Shown here piece by piece: positions 43,701 through 53,291 of a stretch of DNA of 64,000 nucleotides; within the stretch, counting starts at the first letter, position 1; each line of letters starts with the position of its first letter. The notes beneath the pieces are model-generated. The model searched no databases. It saw nothing but the letters and a program-made list of their open reading frames with translations, and was not told the origin of the DNA. The DNA comes from Corallochytrium limacisporum Hawaii. Its lineage: Eukaryota > Protista > Pluriformea. Location: NCBI GenBank assembly GCA_002811645.1, contig PDIP01000019.1, forward strand, positions 334,465-398,464, in the 5' to 3' direction. A program made the translations under genes and the position numbers.

Positions 43701-45604
43701 TCGATAAAGTTCATCATGTGGCCGGTAGCATTGGCCATTTCCCGAGCAGCAGCAAGAAGCTTGGCAGATGCCTCGTCGTCACCAGACAAAGCAGCGAGCA
43801 TGCGAATGTCCTTCACGCCAGCGTTCAGTCCAGCAATAATTGCAGCAATCTCCTTGGCAGCCAAAGCGTTGTCGAGACCTTCCTTACCATCTAGGCCGGC
43901 GGTCATCTCACAAAGATTGGCCGCAGCCGTGCAAATGTTGTTCAGATGAGTCATGACGTTCTGACGGGCACCGTTCTGAGTACGGTTCTTCCAGGCGACC
44001 GAGGCTGGGTCATCGCCCATTGGCGGCAGCTCAGTGGCAGCGTTCAGGTCAATTCCGGCCTGTTCCACAGCAGTGCGGGCATCGTTCAATTGGGAGCTCA
44101 AGAGCTGCTCAGCGACAGACATGGGCTTGGCGGCCTGGAAATGCTGCATCTGAGCCTGCTGCAGCTGCCCGTATTGGGCGACCTGAGGCATGCCTGAAAC
44201 ACCGGCGTAGGACACCGCTGCGGCACCAATGCGACCGGGCATGGCAACACTGCCTTCGTGGGCAAACTGCTGGTTGGAAGGCAAATACTGCAAAGCAGTG
44301 CCACGTGCAGGCTGGATATGTTCCTCCATGGCACCAGTCAGTTCCACATCGTCGATGTCAAGCTTGTCGGGGTTGGCACGCTTCTTCAGAATGATATCGA
44401 TGTAACCACCGATGAGGTTGGAGATGGCATCACCCTCAGTGGTCTGGAAAGGAACCGGAGGACGGTGGTCACCAAAATCAATGGTGAAGGTCTTAGGACT
44501 CGCTGCCCAACGGCGAATCTGGCCCATGGGCCATTTTTCCAGAACCTCTTTAGTCTGCTTGCTCAGGCGCATGACTGTATCACGGCTAATACCAAGAAGT
44601 ACAGGCTCCAGTTTGCTGCGTCCGGGTACCTCCTCACGTACCAGGAAGAAGGTGATACCATACGTGGGCAGACGGCGGCTGAGCTGAATGTAACGGTACT
44701 TAGCGTTCACTTCGTTCATACCCTTCAGTTTGGCATACTCGGTGGCTACCGACTTGTTGATGCCACGAATTTTCACGTACTCGTGCGGCAGGTAGTCCCG
44801 CACTCTCAAGGACTTGGCCTTCTCGTCGGTGTAATCGCCCAATTGCACCTGACATTGCATGGCAGAAAAACGAACGGTATCGTCTTCACTGCAAGGGTGG
44901 CTGCCATTCAGAATGGCATCACGGCTCTGTACGTACAGCAGATTCAGCTGAATGGGATCATTACGATCCACATTCTGGTCAGAGTAGAAGAATTTTTTCC
45001 GCAGAATAACCATAGACTGGTCCTCCAGTCCCTGTTCGCCCAAGGTACGGTCATGCTGCAGCCATTTGGTGTCCTCGTCAGTCTTAAGCTGCGCCCTCAG
45101 CTTTTCCATTTTACGGTTGACCTTTGCTTCGTAGTTCAATCGCTTCTTGGTGACACCGGCCTGGCTCTTTGGTCCTGCCTTGTCGGCCTCACCTTCATCA
45201 GGCTTCTGGTCATGGACTAGAGAGTATTCCTCAGGATTGGCCAGACCAATCTTACGGCACACTTCCTCAACAACGGAACCGACCTTCTGAGACTCATCAA
45301 TGATGACCATCTTGGTGCTCCCGTCCATCATCTTCACACGTAGAGGACGATGCTTCTTGCGATACTGCATCAAGTCACCAGTCTTGACGTCATAGTAGTC
45401 GAAGGTTTTGCCCATTTCCAACCAACGACCCTTGGTAGAAGATTCGTTCGGGAAAAACAAACCAAAGTCAGACATCTTGGACTCGTCACCGATGCGTTCT
45501 CTGATCATCCGGCATGCGTCGTAGACACTCTCACCAGCCTCGAACTGCATGGTCTTCATTGCTCCGGTCTCCCCGAAGGAGATGCGGAGGCTAATGGGTG
45601 CCAT
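37793..45604 (-). CDS. TLN: Talin (F0-F3 FERM head, helical rod, C-terminal I/LWEQ and dimerisation helix)
   Basis: KTMQFE, LRKKFFYSDQNVDRNDPIQLNLLYVQSRDAILNGSHP, RRWAASPKTFTIDFGD, LIGGYIDIILKK, WSEGLVSAAKAV and TAQLLVAQQVKAD motifs. 2603 aa in one uninterrupted ORF. Confidence 0.97.
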   Translation of the reverse strand: MAPISLRISFGETGAMKTMQFEAGESVYDACRMIRERIGDESKMSDFGLFFPNESSTKGRWLEMGKTFDYYDVKTGDLMQYRKKHRPLRVKMMDGSTKMVIIDESQKVGSVVEEVCRKIGLANPEEYSLVHDQKPDEGEADKAGPKSQAGVTKKRLNYEAKVNRKMEKLRAQLKTDEDTKWLQHDRTLGEQGLEDQSMVILRKKFFYSDQNVDRNDPIQLNLLYVQSRDAILNGSHPCSEDDTVRFSAMQCQVQLGDYTDEKAKSLRVRDYLPHEYVKIRGINKSVATEYAKLKGMNEVNAKYRYIQLSRRLPTYGITFFLVREEVPGRSKLEPVLLGISRDTVMRLSKQTKEVLEKWPMGQIRRWAASPKTFTIDFGDHRPPVPFQTTEGDAISNLIGGYIDIILKKRANPDKLDIDDVELTGAMEEHIQPARGTALQYLPSNQQFAHEGSVAMPGRIGAAAVSYAGVSGMPQVAQYGQLQQAQMQHFQAAKPMSVAEQLLSSQLNDARTAVEQAGIDLNAATELPPMGDDPASVAWKNRTQNGARQNVMTHLNNICTAAANLCEMTAGLDGKEGLDNALAAKEIAAIIAGLNAGVKDIRMLAALSGDDEASAKLLAAAREMANATGHMMNFIDDNETMGRMEMLASAVGLGKATQVLFSRMGGRQHMTPDNVKGMHDLSKALVARGQAMLTALKQSASACDDPLEQSRLIDCAKDLSQRCSDLAAISKLLTPVLHSEVAQQKLMAAIRAVEQSLEEALQLCDTNMLSGDDSGGLLSAAKDLKNALENLGQAAEDGGQVTATPESEVERACNDIVTGCDRLIDSLGNTRGMVEAAKVMGSAAGVLVANLKTRTENLADGDDEKSRLLGAAKSIADATSGLIAAIREAHVDPNDPDAQADLKSAAYKVKDAAFAAAEDVMRKRVMRNLAECARQLHGRNTDLGTTANTMLNKIRYPHLMQQMTAVLKENGTTCAQLIDAIDGFENDMDDAGGHLNLVSACLEAIVPTLRAVQTSKSCGPAIEDRASAVTLNQAAFESAKAANALNEMAKGAQEMCVPLEMAVAVQQLQKLKANANANLEAIDNGKLLVLPGEDSDAAVSNLTSTARMLRSAMAQLCAAAESGDNRLGSQLARDVAGASKQLSLDIRAIAAAEDSDDELGMENKRRIMESLLAILDQSSAVVVGAQKALQKHQEQGEGAVQPKEIENLKSAAAALSALFKGMIPHLPGVRDVDEAVAAINELISGEADTTNVVGMNGELSYDDLTARVNKLAATFRNATTELQTAAHEGHDAVARSANQVYHSFEELYLATCGLAHICSDPKARDDIIDYVASLAVTTVKLLNTAKVGVTDPTSPQLTNALAVAAREMSESINGLLASLIARDIPGLRECDEAQNIVLTGANRLHQAQYPQLNAAYFDCVANIRDKSKDAQQMLNEITNKVRNSEREEVGPRLLEAARELSDILTASAHSAYLVAIADPSSTAAVPGLIAMERVTNVTSKLQDQCTMLRQQTRTTDEFLQAATSMTVDGGTLIQMIRAAADSIEEKDNSYSADSLRDRAQELASGLSRIVSSIKTIGSGDNAEVRDQISEAADAFSAQVENVSQALSGPEFSGTAAVIGFEGRAAMEPIIDTAGRLTDQFDGLTDELRGWLRGADNSAVESGSSAPVHAMNLYSKGINDVVRNVLQCIQDAAPGQKQCAEAMDEITMAMTELDRALLAVTMGELEPREDQDIDGYMSQLLESISNVQQDIMDVTVAAKGEPNRLGHAVVSLQANVRAVADMSVGYSSLLPSTDKVLQAKSITHAKTSLEAGMQLIYATKESGGNRAARKAHTQVEAAGKDLSRSLATLETQLQSAGDNAKVFGEIITTINRAGATLTDTPEGNDHGFGANYSLVDALFKAAKTVGQGTSGVLMAPPEQLPRACREAAQGYVKFASVAQHAYAAKDKLAGELREAILADTKALGMKYVGMTEAASKLFASPTSSPVRRGFSDRSNEVMTAIQNVLVTLQKAQKGSLACDTSIGRLNNLMNELATATLFMAAGSFADEEGEVMPTADAAVKLRNALNDVAVAASGANKVVSADSSTVQDELEKIANDSSSVCVSLVAATKTAVRSLTDDGDQSTKELLLNSAKDICGAMSAVMAQAKSVTAKGTSATANDESSLAEAAAKLSSLVKNLNDLSGSLDDENMRASLALQGTLDALELGMSDLEKAATSSGPQSSLQQLPQQAEPEELLRFSFTASREAAKLSAAVEEGRVKDVAERSNTVRKNALNMLDTCRSVMLSCETDDSSRNLQRVVLEGGICLRDLLEALNSDLTESVKDGDHSTVMRLVANSFGRINDMCRRLAGQDFEDDADDPAKIAEQSLTDAVAAIEAAAGDMKALKESREAEMQNVKAEDLGYDVKMESMLLGATQAIAQACAGLVTCAIAANKELIKDGKITVDKSSTRYNEDLMWSEGLVSAAKAVVSGTKDLCTVGNDIVAAEGDIPEDRLIACARNVAACTAQLLVAQQVKADPNAKTSQNLHSAGKKVKGATDRLVEAVRQRETKDSGKFDTDTPMSMVQFMRKEQDLQTEVLRLERELQDARLRLGRLREQRYRVLGRKGL

Positions 45605-45638
45605 GATAATTCGCTCTGTTCTGATACTTCTAGTCCCG

Positions 45639-45700
45639 CTAAAAGTTGAATACGCAATATATACACACCAGTGTGCCCGCTTATGCTTTCTTTAACTCAC
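45639..45700 (-). other. Predicted 62-nt intron in the talin 5' UTR
   Basis: Minus strand reads GTGAGT...TTCAACTTTTAG, ending 34 nt upstream of the ATG. Confidence 0.55.
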
Positions 45701-45722
45701 ACGGTAGTTTGAATGTCACTCT

Positions 45723-45796
45723 CTGTGCTTAGTTGTCTGCCCAATGACAACTATTTCCCACAAAGGTGATTCGCACACTGAAATACACACACGCAC
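45723..45796 (-). other. Predicted 74-nt intron in the talin 5' UTR
   Basis: Minus strand reads GTGCGT...AACTAAGCACAG (branch-point-like CTAA followed by CAG). Confidence 0.5.
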
Positions 45797-48238
45797 TTAG
45801 AATATAAGTGGCACACTTGAATGATTGTTGAGAATGGGTGACTATATACCCCGTAACGCAGTGGTGATGAAGTACCTGGTCTCGTCCTTGATCACCGTAA
45901 AGAGATAGGGACATTCAGTACATGAGTAACCACTGTTGCTGATATCACACACATTGAAGAGTGGACCCGGAGAACAACGAGAAGGAAGACGATACATGAT
46001 TCCTTAGGACAGTGTCTGAGTGGTTGTGCGGTGGTCACTTCGATGCAGTCTGTGATGGATGGAGAACCTGCGTACACATCGCACCGTGGTGTGCCCAGCA
46101 CCAGGACAAAGTGGCGTTTGAAGCCATTGGACTCCGGAGAGGTGTCGCGTTCCCAATTCTCGTTCGTCTTTTGAATTTGCGGTACATATGATATGGATTC
46201 TCAATGCCCAAAACTGATGCAGAAAGGGAAACCAAGGTGGTGACCGATTGATAATTAAGCGTGGAAGGGGTATCTCATTCCTCCCCTTCGACGACAACGG
46301 CAGGGCTCTGTTACTAACCGTATTACGGTACAATCAGTACCAAATACAGTCCTGCCACTGGTAGCGAAGGAAAAAAGGGGACACAAAATAAAGTTGACCC
46401 CCAAGATAAGAAAACACCCCCGTGCACGCCATCGGGCACGGCAAGAAACGCTGCCTGGTGAAACAGGGCAACAATACGTGCCCACACCGAATATGTCCCA
46501 ATTACTATTGTGAATATACCGAGATTCTGTTGTGGCTTCCACAAACCGAGGCGTCTCCCTTGCGGTTGCCTCTTAGTTACCCTCCTCAGAAATTTCTCCC
46601 GGGCTGCAAAGAAGGGGGAGGCGATGAGGGTGGGACAGGCTTAGAGAAGGGGGACGAGGCGATTTAGGTAAAAATTGTAGAGGGACGGCAGGTAGGGGAC
46701 GGCAGGGGGAAAAGGGAAGGGGTTAGCATCGAGCTTCGTTGTGCTGTGTGTGTTGTCCGGTGAAATTTCACCGTGTTTCTCCCCAGGGACACGGATTGGG
46801 CCAATCAGAGCTCCGTATTTCGAGGGGCTGGCCAGAGAACGGAGGGTTTCTGTGTGGGGGAGGAGGGGGATGAGCTGGGGAGGGTGGGCTGTCCGGCAGG
46901 GGAGCTGATGTACCGGACCGATCGATGGGTGGGCACTCGGTTACCAGTGGTTGTAGATGGGCCAATGGTCCTGTTACATGCGAAGAGTATGGCCGGTTTG
47001 GGGTTGGGGACTGATAAGTCCTTGACCTTGTTTAAATAGGCCCCGGTTCTCACCCTGTCCACCACCTCCCCCTTGAAGCGTCGTGTCCGTAGAGAATGTT
47101 TGAGTTCTGCTAAGTAAGCAGGAATTGGAGGCACTACCAGTGCAAAAAGAACAGAAAATGAAATTTAGGCGTTGCGCCCGCCGTGGGTGAACTACACTGA
47201 TACAGACCGATGTGCTTTAGTTTTGTTTTGAAAGTGTATTGAAGAAATAAGAATCAAAGGAAACACGAGAAGTCAATTAAAAACATGCGCGCGTCATGAA
47301 AGTGAAGACAGTTCCGTTGCGCAAAACGGACTGACGGGTGTGATTGCGTGTGCCTTTGTATCCAAGGACGACAGGGACTGGGGCGGGGCAGCAGCGGCGT
47401 AAAGAGAGCGTGTGAGAGCTGAGGTCGTTGCAGAATTAAGTGAGTGACAAGGGCGTGTACTACTTGCTGACGCTGCTGGTGGTGCTGCTGTAAACATCTT
47501 GTATAGCACCGTTCCATCTTGTACTATCAGAATCACCATCATTTAGTCTTCCTATAGTGCACTGTTTGAAGTGCACTGCGGCACCAAGACTCTTGTTGTT
47601 GAGTGCCCGGCCTTGATCCTCCGCGATTCGCAGGTGGGGACTCTGCGATCCTCGCTCTCCAACGCCCACATTTCCGCGCACCGTGCCCTGACCCGCAGAT
47701 TCAGCCAATCAATGGCCTGGAATCCAGAACTGGCTGGCTGAATTTCACGTAGGGAGGAGGGTCTCGGCTTCTCGTTCCGTCTGTCCGAGTCGCTTTTGCT
47801 TGAGAGAGAGTGTGTGCACTTAGTGAAACGTTTCTACTCTCGTCTCAAATTTCTATTCTTTCTGCTCTCTCTCTCACTCCGAGCAGGAAAGAGCGAGACA
47901 CATATTTCGCACATGTCACCAAAGCGCATTGTTTGGCATGCCGCACATTCCAAATGGAACACAAACTGCGGAATGCCTTGGAAACTCTGCATGGCAGAAG
48001 TTTCACGCAGAAGTCTCCGGTGCGATAGAACACGAAGAGGTAGGTGTCTATTTGTTGAGCTGCGCCGTTCCCTGTTCTCGGTTTGTTTTGTTTCATATTC
48101 TCTTCAGAATTTCGTCATAAAGGCCATGCTCTTTAGGTCACATACTGGACGTTCGCGGGCTGATTTCGACTCTGTGTAGGGATGGGTGTATGTATATATC
48201 TATGCGCTATACAAATGAAACTGATGTTTAGTGCGGGT

Positions 48239-49588
48239 CTAGGCCGACATCTCAGATGTCTTGGAAGTGACCTCTTCATTATCTTGTGTTCCGGCAACAG
48301 CCAAATTGTCTAGACTCAGAAATGTGGCATCGGCCGCCGTGGCAGTCGATTCCGTCTTTGCTACCGGCTCGTCGGTCTCTTCCTCGTCATCATCGGCATC
48401 CACGACCATAAGGTTTGAAATCGAGAGCATCATTGAGTCTGTACGGTCAAGATCATCATTGGATGACCTTTGCAAGCCCAAGATGGGCATGGCAGTCTCT
48501 GTAATGGCAGTGGCAAGATCACAAGCGGCATTCACTAGACCGTTGACAAGGCTCTCTCTGGAGCCTTTGCGAGAGGATTTTGACCATTCTCCAAGCTCAA
48601 GGTCTTCAATGTCGAAGAATTGATCGTTTTCTGTTGAATCTCTCTTGATGTCTCCCTCCAATTGTCCACCATTGTCCGATGCCTTGGATACATCAAGATC
48701 AGACGCAGAATTTGGTCTGCGACTGGTTGATCGCTCAATAGTGGCCCGTAGAGCATTCTCATGGTTCTTATCGGCAATGCCAGCAATCCTCTTTTCCGCC
48801 ATCTTAGAGTTATAGATCTTCTTAAGACAGCTTAGGAAATGTTCAGATTTTACGTATTCTGGCAGCAAGCACTGCTGCAACATGGTCATGATTTCCTTTA
48901 GTGCAAGCTCGTAGAGATCCGGCCCAATGGTGTTGTCTTCCATGCGTTGGATGATGCTGTTTCGAAGATGGGCACTGATGTTCACCTCCATTTGAGCTTC
49001 ATCATCTAAATGCCATTCAAAGATCTGATCTGCGACATGTTGCCGTTTGGCTTCATCCTTAATCTTGGGAAAAGCAAGGGCTTTCAATGCGAACAAAACA
49101 TTCTCTGCACAATAATTCGACGCCGCATACTTCTTGAAGGCCTGAGACATGACCGGATGCTCTAGAACATAGTTGACCCTGGCTCGTGCTGCCTTTGCCT
49201 CGGGCATAGCCCTCAATTCTGTTTCATCATAGAAGATGGTTGTGTCAAAGGACAACTGACTCTGCGACCGCTTTGCGGGTGTCGTTGCCACTGGTGTCAC
49301 ACTTGACTTCTTTGACTTGGATTTCTTTTCCTTGGTCTTTTCCCTCTTTTTGAAGCTCATGGTTCGGCTAGCATTAGTACGGAAGCTACTAGAAGAAGAT
49401 TTGGAAGTCTTAGATAAAATACTCCAACGAGTGGATTTTGGCTTCGAATAGGAATCTACCGATGAGGCAATCGATCCAGTATCCGAGTCTTTCCCTTGTT
49501 GAGAAGCGGCAACACCCTTGAGCTTGCTGCTCTGATGTACAGGTTCAATGTCCTGTGCATCAAGCCAGTCACCAAGAGCTTCCGACAT
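48239..49588 (-). CDS. Regulator of G-protein signalling (RGS) domain protein
   Basis: VLEHP..QAFKKYA..NYCAENVLF..., EVNIS and LLPEYVKSEHF: an RGS box flanked by disordered regions. Confidence 0.88.
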   Translation of the reverse strand: MSEALGDWLDAQDIEPVHQSSKLKGVAASQQGKDSDTGSIASSVDSYSKPKSTRWSILSKTSKSSSSSFRTNASRTMSFKKREKTKEKKSKSKKSSVTPVATTPAKRSQSQLSFDTTIFYDETELRAMPEAKAARARVNYVLEHPVMSQAFKKYAASNYCAENVLFALKALAFPKIKDEAKRQHVADQIFEWHLDDEAQMEVNISAHLRNSIIQRMEDNTIGPDLYELALKEIMTMLQQCLLPEYVKSEHFLSCLKKIYNSKMAEKRIAGIADKNHENALRATIERSTSRRPNSASDLDVSKASDNGGQLEGDIKRDSTENDQFFDIEDLELGEWSKSSRKGSRESLVNGLVNAACDLATAITETAMPILGLQRSSNDDLDRTDSMMLSISNLMVVDADDDEEETDEPVAKTESTATAADATFLSLDNLAVAGTQDNEEVTSKTSEMSA

Positions 49589-50728
49589 CTTGCAATTTAC
49601 GGTTTACGCGACTAATTGATTCCCACTGTTACATGTCTTGACCTGTAGTTCTCGTGCTGTGTCAGAACTTTATTCACGCCATGTTCTCTTTGTTAATCGC
49701 CTCAAAATGGTTACCAACACCATATAAAATACCATCATATGTGACTAAATTAATGTTTACGTCCAATATGGACAGCAATTATCTAAAACTCGGAAGTTGC
49801 TGTACAATTATGACGCATATGTTGAGTATTTGCTTCGATGCCAAAAGGCCCGTTCGGAGCTCTCCCCCCTTTCCCCTTTCCGACTCCCGACCCTGTGTCT
49901 TCGTCAAAGGGCGGAACATTAGAGGCAGCCACTCCTCGTTGTCCCTCGGTCGTCGCCGTCAATACGCATAGTTATGTGTTCCTTGCGTGCTGCTTTTGGT
50001 GATGGCGTTCGAAAAGCAGTGTTACACGACCACAGCAATCGCATGGCAGGGGGCCCGTTCACGGTGAATTTGCACTATCTATCCACGCATGATTAGCGTC
50101 TGCCAAAATTGACACGGCGCTTTCCCCTCGCCCTGGGTACCCTTGGTACCCCGGGCTCCCCGTGCGCACTGCAATACTGCATATATTTTCTATGGGAACA
50201 AGAACCCGGCAGTACCGGTCTGAACCGACTAAAAATTTTTCTCACTCGGGGAAAAAGCAAGATTGAGAGATTCCTGGACGGGAAGGAGTTCTTCTTTATT
50301 TCTTCGTTTCCTTTCTTTTGCGATTGGTTACGGCCCCCCTCTCCTGGAACATTTACTATGAATTGCGGGGAGCTGTTTCGGGGTCACTACTTTGGACTAT
50401 TGTGTTCATTGGCCGAACCCGGCGTGAAACTTCAGCGAATGAGCGATGAGTAAAATCGGGGGTCCATTTTAGTGTTCTCCACAGACCCAGCCGGGGGACC
50501 CCGCCCAAAAAGCCATAAGCGCCAGACTGGGACGTCTGCCTCATCAACTCCATCGGTGGCACTTGGCTCTCTTGTGCGCACAGCACGGTGAAATGCATAT
50601 GTACTGATAAGTCCGTCATAATGACCTTACACCTACGTAAACAGATTCGCAGATCAGGAAGCCAACATTGTGGCAGGGGAAATATCCCCATTGTAGGCTT
50701 TGGCGAAGTTCTCTGTTCGTTTGTATTC

Positions 50729-51481
50729 ATGTCCGTTAGGCAGACAACGGGGAGTAAACTGGCGAAGAAGCAAAAGACATTATTCCAAAGTTTTGGACTA
50801 CCAGAGCCCGTGAAACATGGCTCAAGTACACAAGTCTCCGGATCAAGCTCCCACTCTGTTCCGTCGAAGAAGTCTGTATGGGCCAGATTCACTCCCCGGG
50901 GACCCAGTCTCTATTCATACGTCACTGCCACTGCGGGAGACGCAAGAGAAGCGCGGGTATACCACGATGACCATGTGACCATAATTCGGGATCGATATCC
51001 CAAGTCCCGTTACCATTTTTTGGTTTTGGCCAACAGGCCAGTTTTGTCAATTTATGACCTCTCGGACAGTCGACAAGATCTAGATCTCATTGACACCATG
51101 AGCACCAGTGCAGATAAGTTCATCGAAAAATTAAAGAAAGAGGACGGGAAGTGTGAACTAGTGTTCCTCAAGGGCTTCCACGCGGTACCAAGTATGAAGC
51201 ACTTGCACGTACACATTCTCACCAATGATCTCGAAGGTGCATACATGAAAACCCGCAAGCATTGGAACTCGTTCACTTCCGAGTACCTTGTCACACCAGA
51301 ACGGCTGCGGGAAGCGATCCAAAAGCACGGGTCTTGGCCAAAGGAGGATATTCCGAAACATGAATTGTTACTCAAAGGACCGTTACATTGTAATTTGTGT
51401 GGTGAAGCATTCCCTCAATTCGCAGTCTTGGCAGAACATCGCAAGCTGTGCAGGAAGGGTAGTAATGAAGACAGATCGTGA
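50729..51481 (+). CDS. APTX: Aprataxin-like (HIT domain + C-terminal zinc finger)
   Basis: IRDRYPKSRYHFLVL, GFHAVPSMKHLHVHI, KHWNSF and CNLC..F...LAEH motifs. Start is uncertain (in-frame ATGs at 50621 and 50729). Confidence 0.9.
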   Translation: MSVRQTTGSKLAKKQKTLFQSFGLPEPVKHGSSTQVSGSSSHSVPSKKSVWARFTPRGPSLYSYVTATAGDAREARVYHDDHVTIIRDRYPKSRYHFLVLANRPVLSIYDLSDSRQDLDLIDTMSTSADKFIEKLKKEDGKCELVFLKGFHAVPSMKHLHVHILTNDLEGAYMKTRKHWNSFTSEYLVTPERLREAIQKHGSWPKEDIPKHELLLKGPLHCNLCGEAFPQFAVLAEHRKLCRKGSNEDRS

Positions 51482-51620
51482 TCGCAACCACATCGACTAT
51501 TGCAAAACTCAATGACGAGAATTCAGACTGAGCCGGTTGGTTTAGGTTTACATGTAGTACAATGTGGAAAATGGTGTATTTGATTTCTTGGCCGTGTTTT
51601 GATTACATATAATTTAAAAT

Positions 51621-53291
51621 TTACTTCGGAAGTTCTTTCACCGATGCCTCAGCACCGTGGACAGAAGCAGCTAATTGATTGAGGTCGTTGAGAATGTCAC
51701 CAAGTCCCTCCTGGTTCCGAGCGCGAATTTGCACAACGGCCGACGAGGGCAGAGGGATGCCCTTTGGATTGGGCTGACTCATACATTCTAGGATACTGTA
51801 CGTACCTTCTTTCTCTTCAATGAGATCCAGAGTCCGGTTGATTAGACCAGAGTCAAAGAGATGTCCTCGAAGCAAGATGTTGGTCGTCGGTGCAGTACCA
51901 TCGTCCTTGAGCTCTTCAGCCATGCGCGACTCACGCGTGATCTCTCCCCGCATCTTGTTGATGTATCCATATGGCTGGGTGGTGTTGCCGCCGGTAGTGA
52001 TCACGGCACTCTGTAGTGCAGCCATGCTCTCCAGGCCACTGACGTCACTTAGATTGCCGTCATTGGCAAGAGCAGGCAGATACTTGAGCAGGGCGGACCC
52101 AAAATGCTCTGTCGCATCTCGTGGCATTTCAGCAGCGAGCTCGGGGGTAGCCATGGCCAAAATACCTTCATCTTCGTGCATAATATTGGTAGCAATATAG
52201 CGACGGGCAATATCGTAGGTGTAGAAAGGATGTTCAATGGTAGTCTGTTGCTTCAGGAACTGAATAGAACCGTCCACATCCGCAGACAGGTCAGCCACTG
52301 CAACCAGTCGGTGTTTGCCGGCACTGTGGGCGCTTTCCATATCGTGCAGACTGAGCAGGCGTGGGAAGCGGTAGTCCCAATACGCGGTGTTCAGGACTAC
52401 GGAGGCGTAAGGCAGCATGGTATCGGCAAACGTGGAACGGAATTCTTGAGGACTGTCCGCGTAGTGCTGGGGGTCAAAGGTACCGCCAGCGATAGGCGAC
52501 ATGATATCTGATTCCTTAACAGTGGTGATAATGATGCTGTGGGTCTGGCCCGGCCCACCCTTGGAGCCTTCCACCGCGGCGGCAAGATCTGACGGCTCCA
52601 CATGCTTATGTGGCAACAGACTGAGAATATCCCGCACACCTTTAGATGTCTCACCATCACCTACGACGCAAAAGACCAACGGTCCAATCTCCTGCGGCAC
52701 GCCACGACCCTCCAGAGCTTTGCCAGCAGCCTCCACTGCAGTGCGTGCGGTCTCGAGGTCGTGGTACATGTATGCACTGGCAATGCCAAGGAAGGGAGTG
52801 GAGTATCCCTTGGCGAGGAATCGCTCACCCAAACCGCGAAGAATATCAATGGCACCCACAGCACCAGTTGTCTGACTGAACCCAACTACACGCTTTCCGA
52901 AACTGCGGAGCTCACCTTCAATAATACCGGTGTGGTCGACCAGCCGCACCTTCTTAGCCAGAGCTTCGTCATACATGGCCAATCCGTGACGCTTCATCTT
53001 GACAATGTCAGAGCAGTTCGTGACATATGTACGGTCAGCCATCAATTCGCTGGGGCTCTGTGGCCCGGTAATGCCCAAGATAGTACCCGCCTGCCGGAGA
53101 TCCTCGGTGATGGTGGCCCCGGCAGCCTCATATTCAGAATTGCTGTAAACCCGACGGGTGCATGGCTGCACCAGGACCTGAATACCCTTCAGATCCTTTA
53201 GCATGCGAACGTGCAATGGAGAAATTGGGGCACGTCGTTCCCAGACATTACTGGTCTCCCGAAGGATACCAATAATGCCACGTCCGGCCAT
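51621..53291 (-). CDS. Lysine-ketoglutarate reductase (LKR)-like protein plus LKR/SDH linker region, with no saccharopine dehydrogenase domain
   Basis: GILRET.NVWERRAP, VLVQP..RR, GLGERFL..GYSTPFL, YWDYRFPRLL and DLSADVDGSIQF motifs; linker GHLFDSGLINRTLDLIE. The stop codon follows the linker. Confidence 0.85.
   Translation of the reverse strand: MAGRGIIGILRETSNVWERRAPISPLHVRMLKDLKGIQVLVQPCTRRVYSNSEYEAAGATITEDLRQAGTILGITGPQSPSELMADRTYVTNCSDIVKMKRHGLAMYDEALAKKVRLVDHTGIIEGELRSFGKRVVGFSQTTGAVGAIDILRGLGERFLAKGYSTPFLGIASAYMYHDLETARTAVEAAGKALEGRGVPQEIGPLVFCVVGDGETSKGVRDILSLLPHKHVEPSDLAAAVEGSKGGPGQTHSIIITTVKESDIMSPIAGGTFDPQHYADSPQEFRSTFADTMLPYASVVLNTAYWDYRFPRLLSLHDMESAHSAGKHRLVAVADLSADVDGSIQFLKQQTTIEHPFYTYDIARRYIATNIMHEDEGILAMATPELAAEMPRDATEHFGSALLKYLPALANDGNLSDVSGLESMAALQSAVITTGGNTTQPYGYINKMRGEITRESRMAEELKDDGTAPTTNILLRGHLFDSGLINRTLDLIEEKEGTYSILECMSQPNPKGIPLPSSAVVQIRARNQEGLGDILNDLNQLAASVHGAEASVKELPK

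Noticed and set aside
38036-45220. Long plus-strand ORFs antisense to talin (e.g. 42626-43663, 44258-45220)
   Set aside because: These are shadow ORFs expected from codon bias of the sense gene, with no independent motifs.
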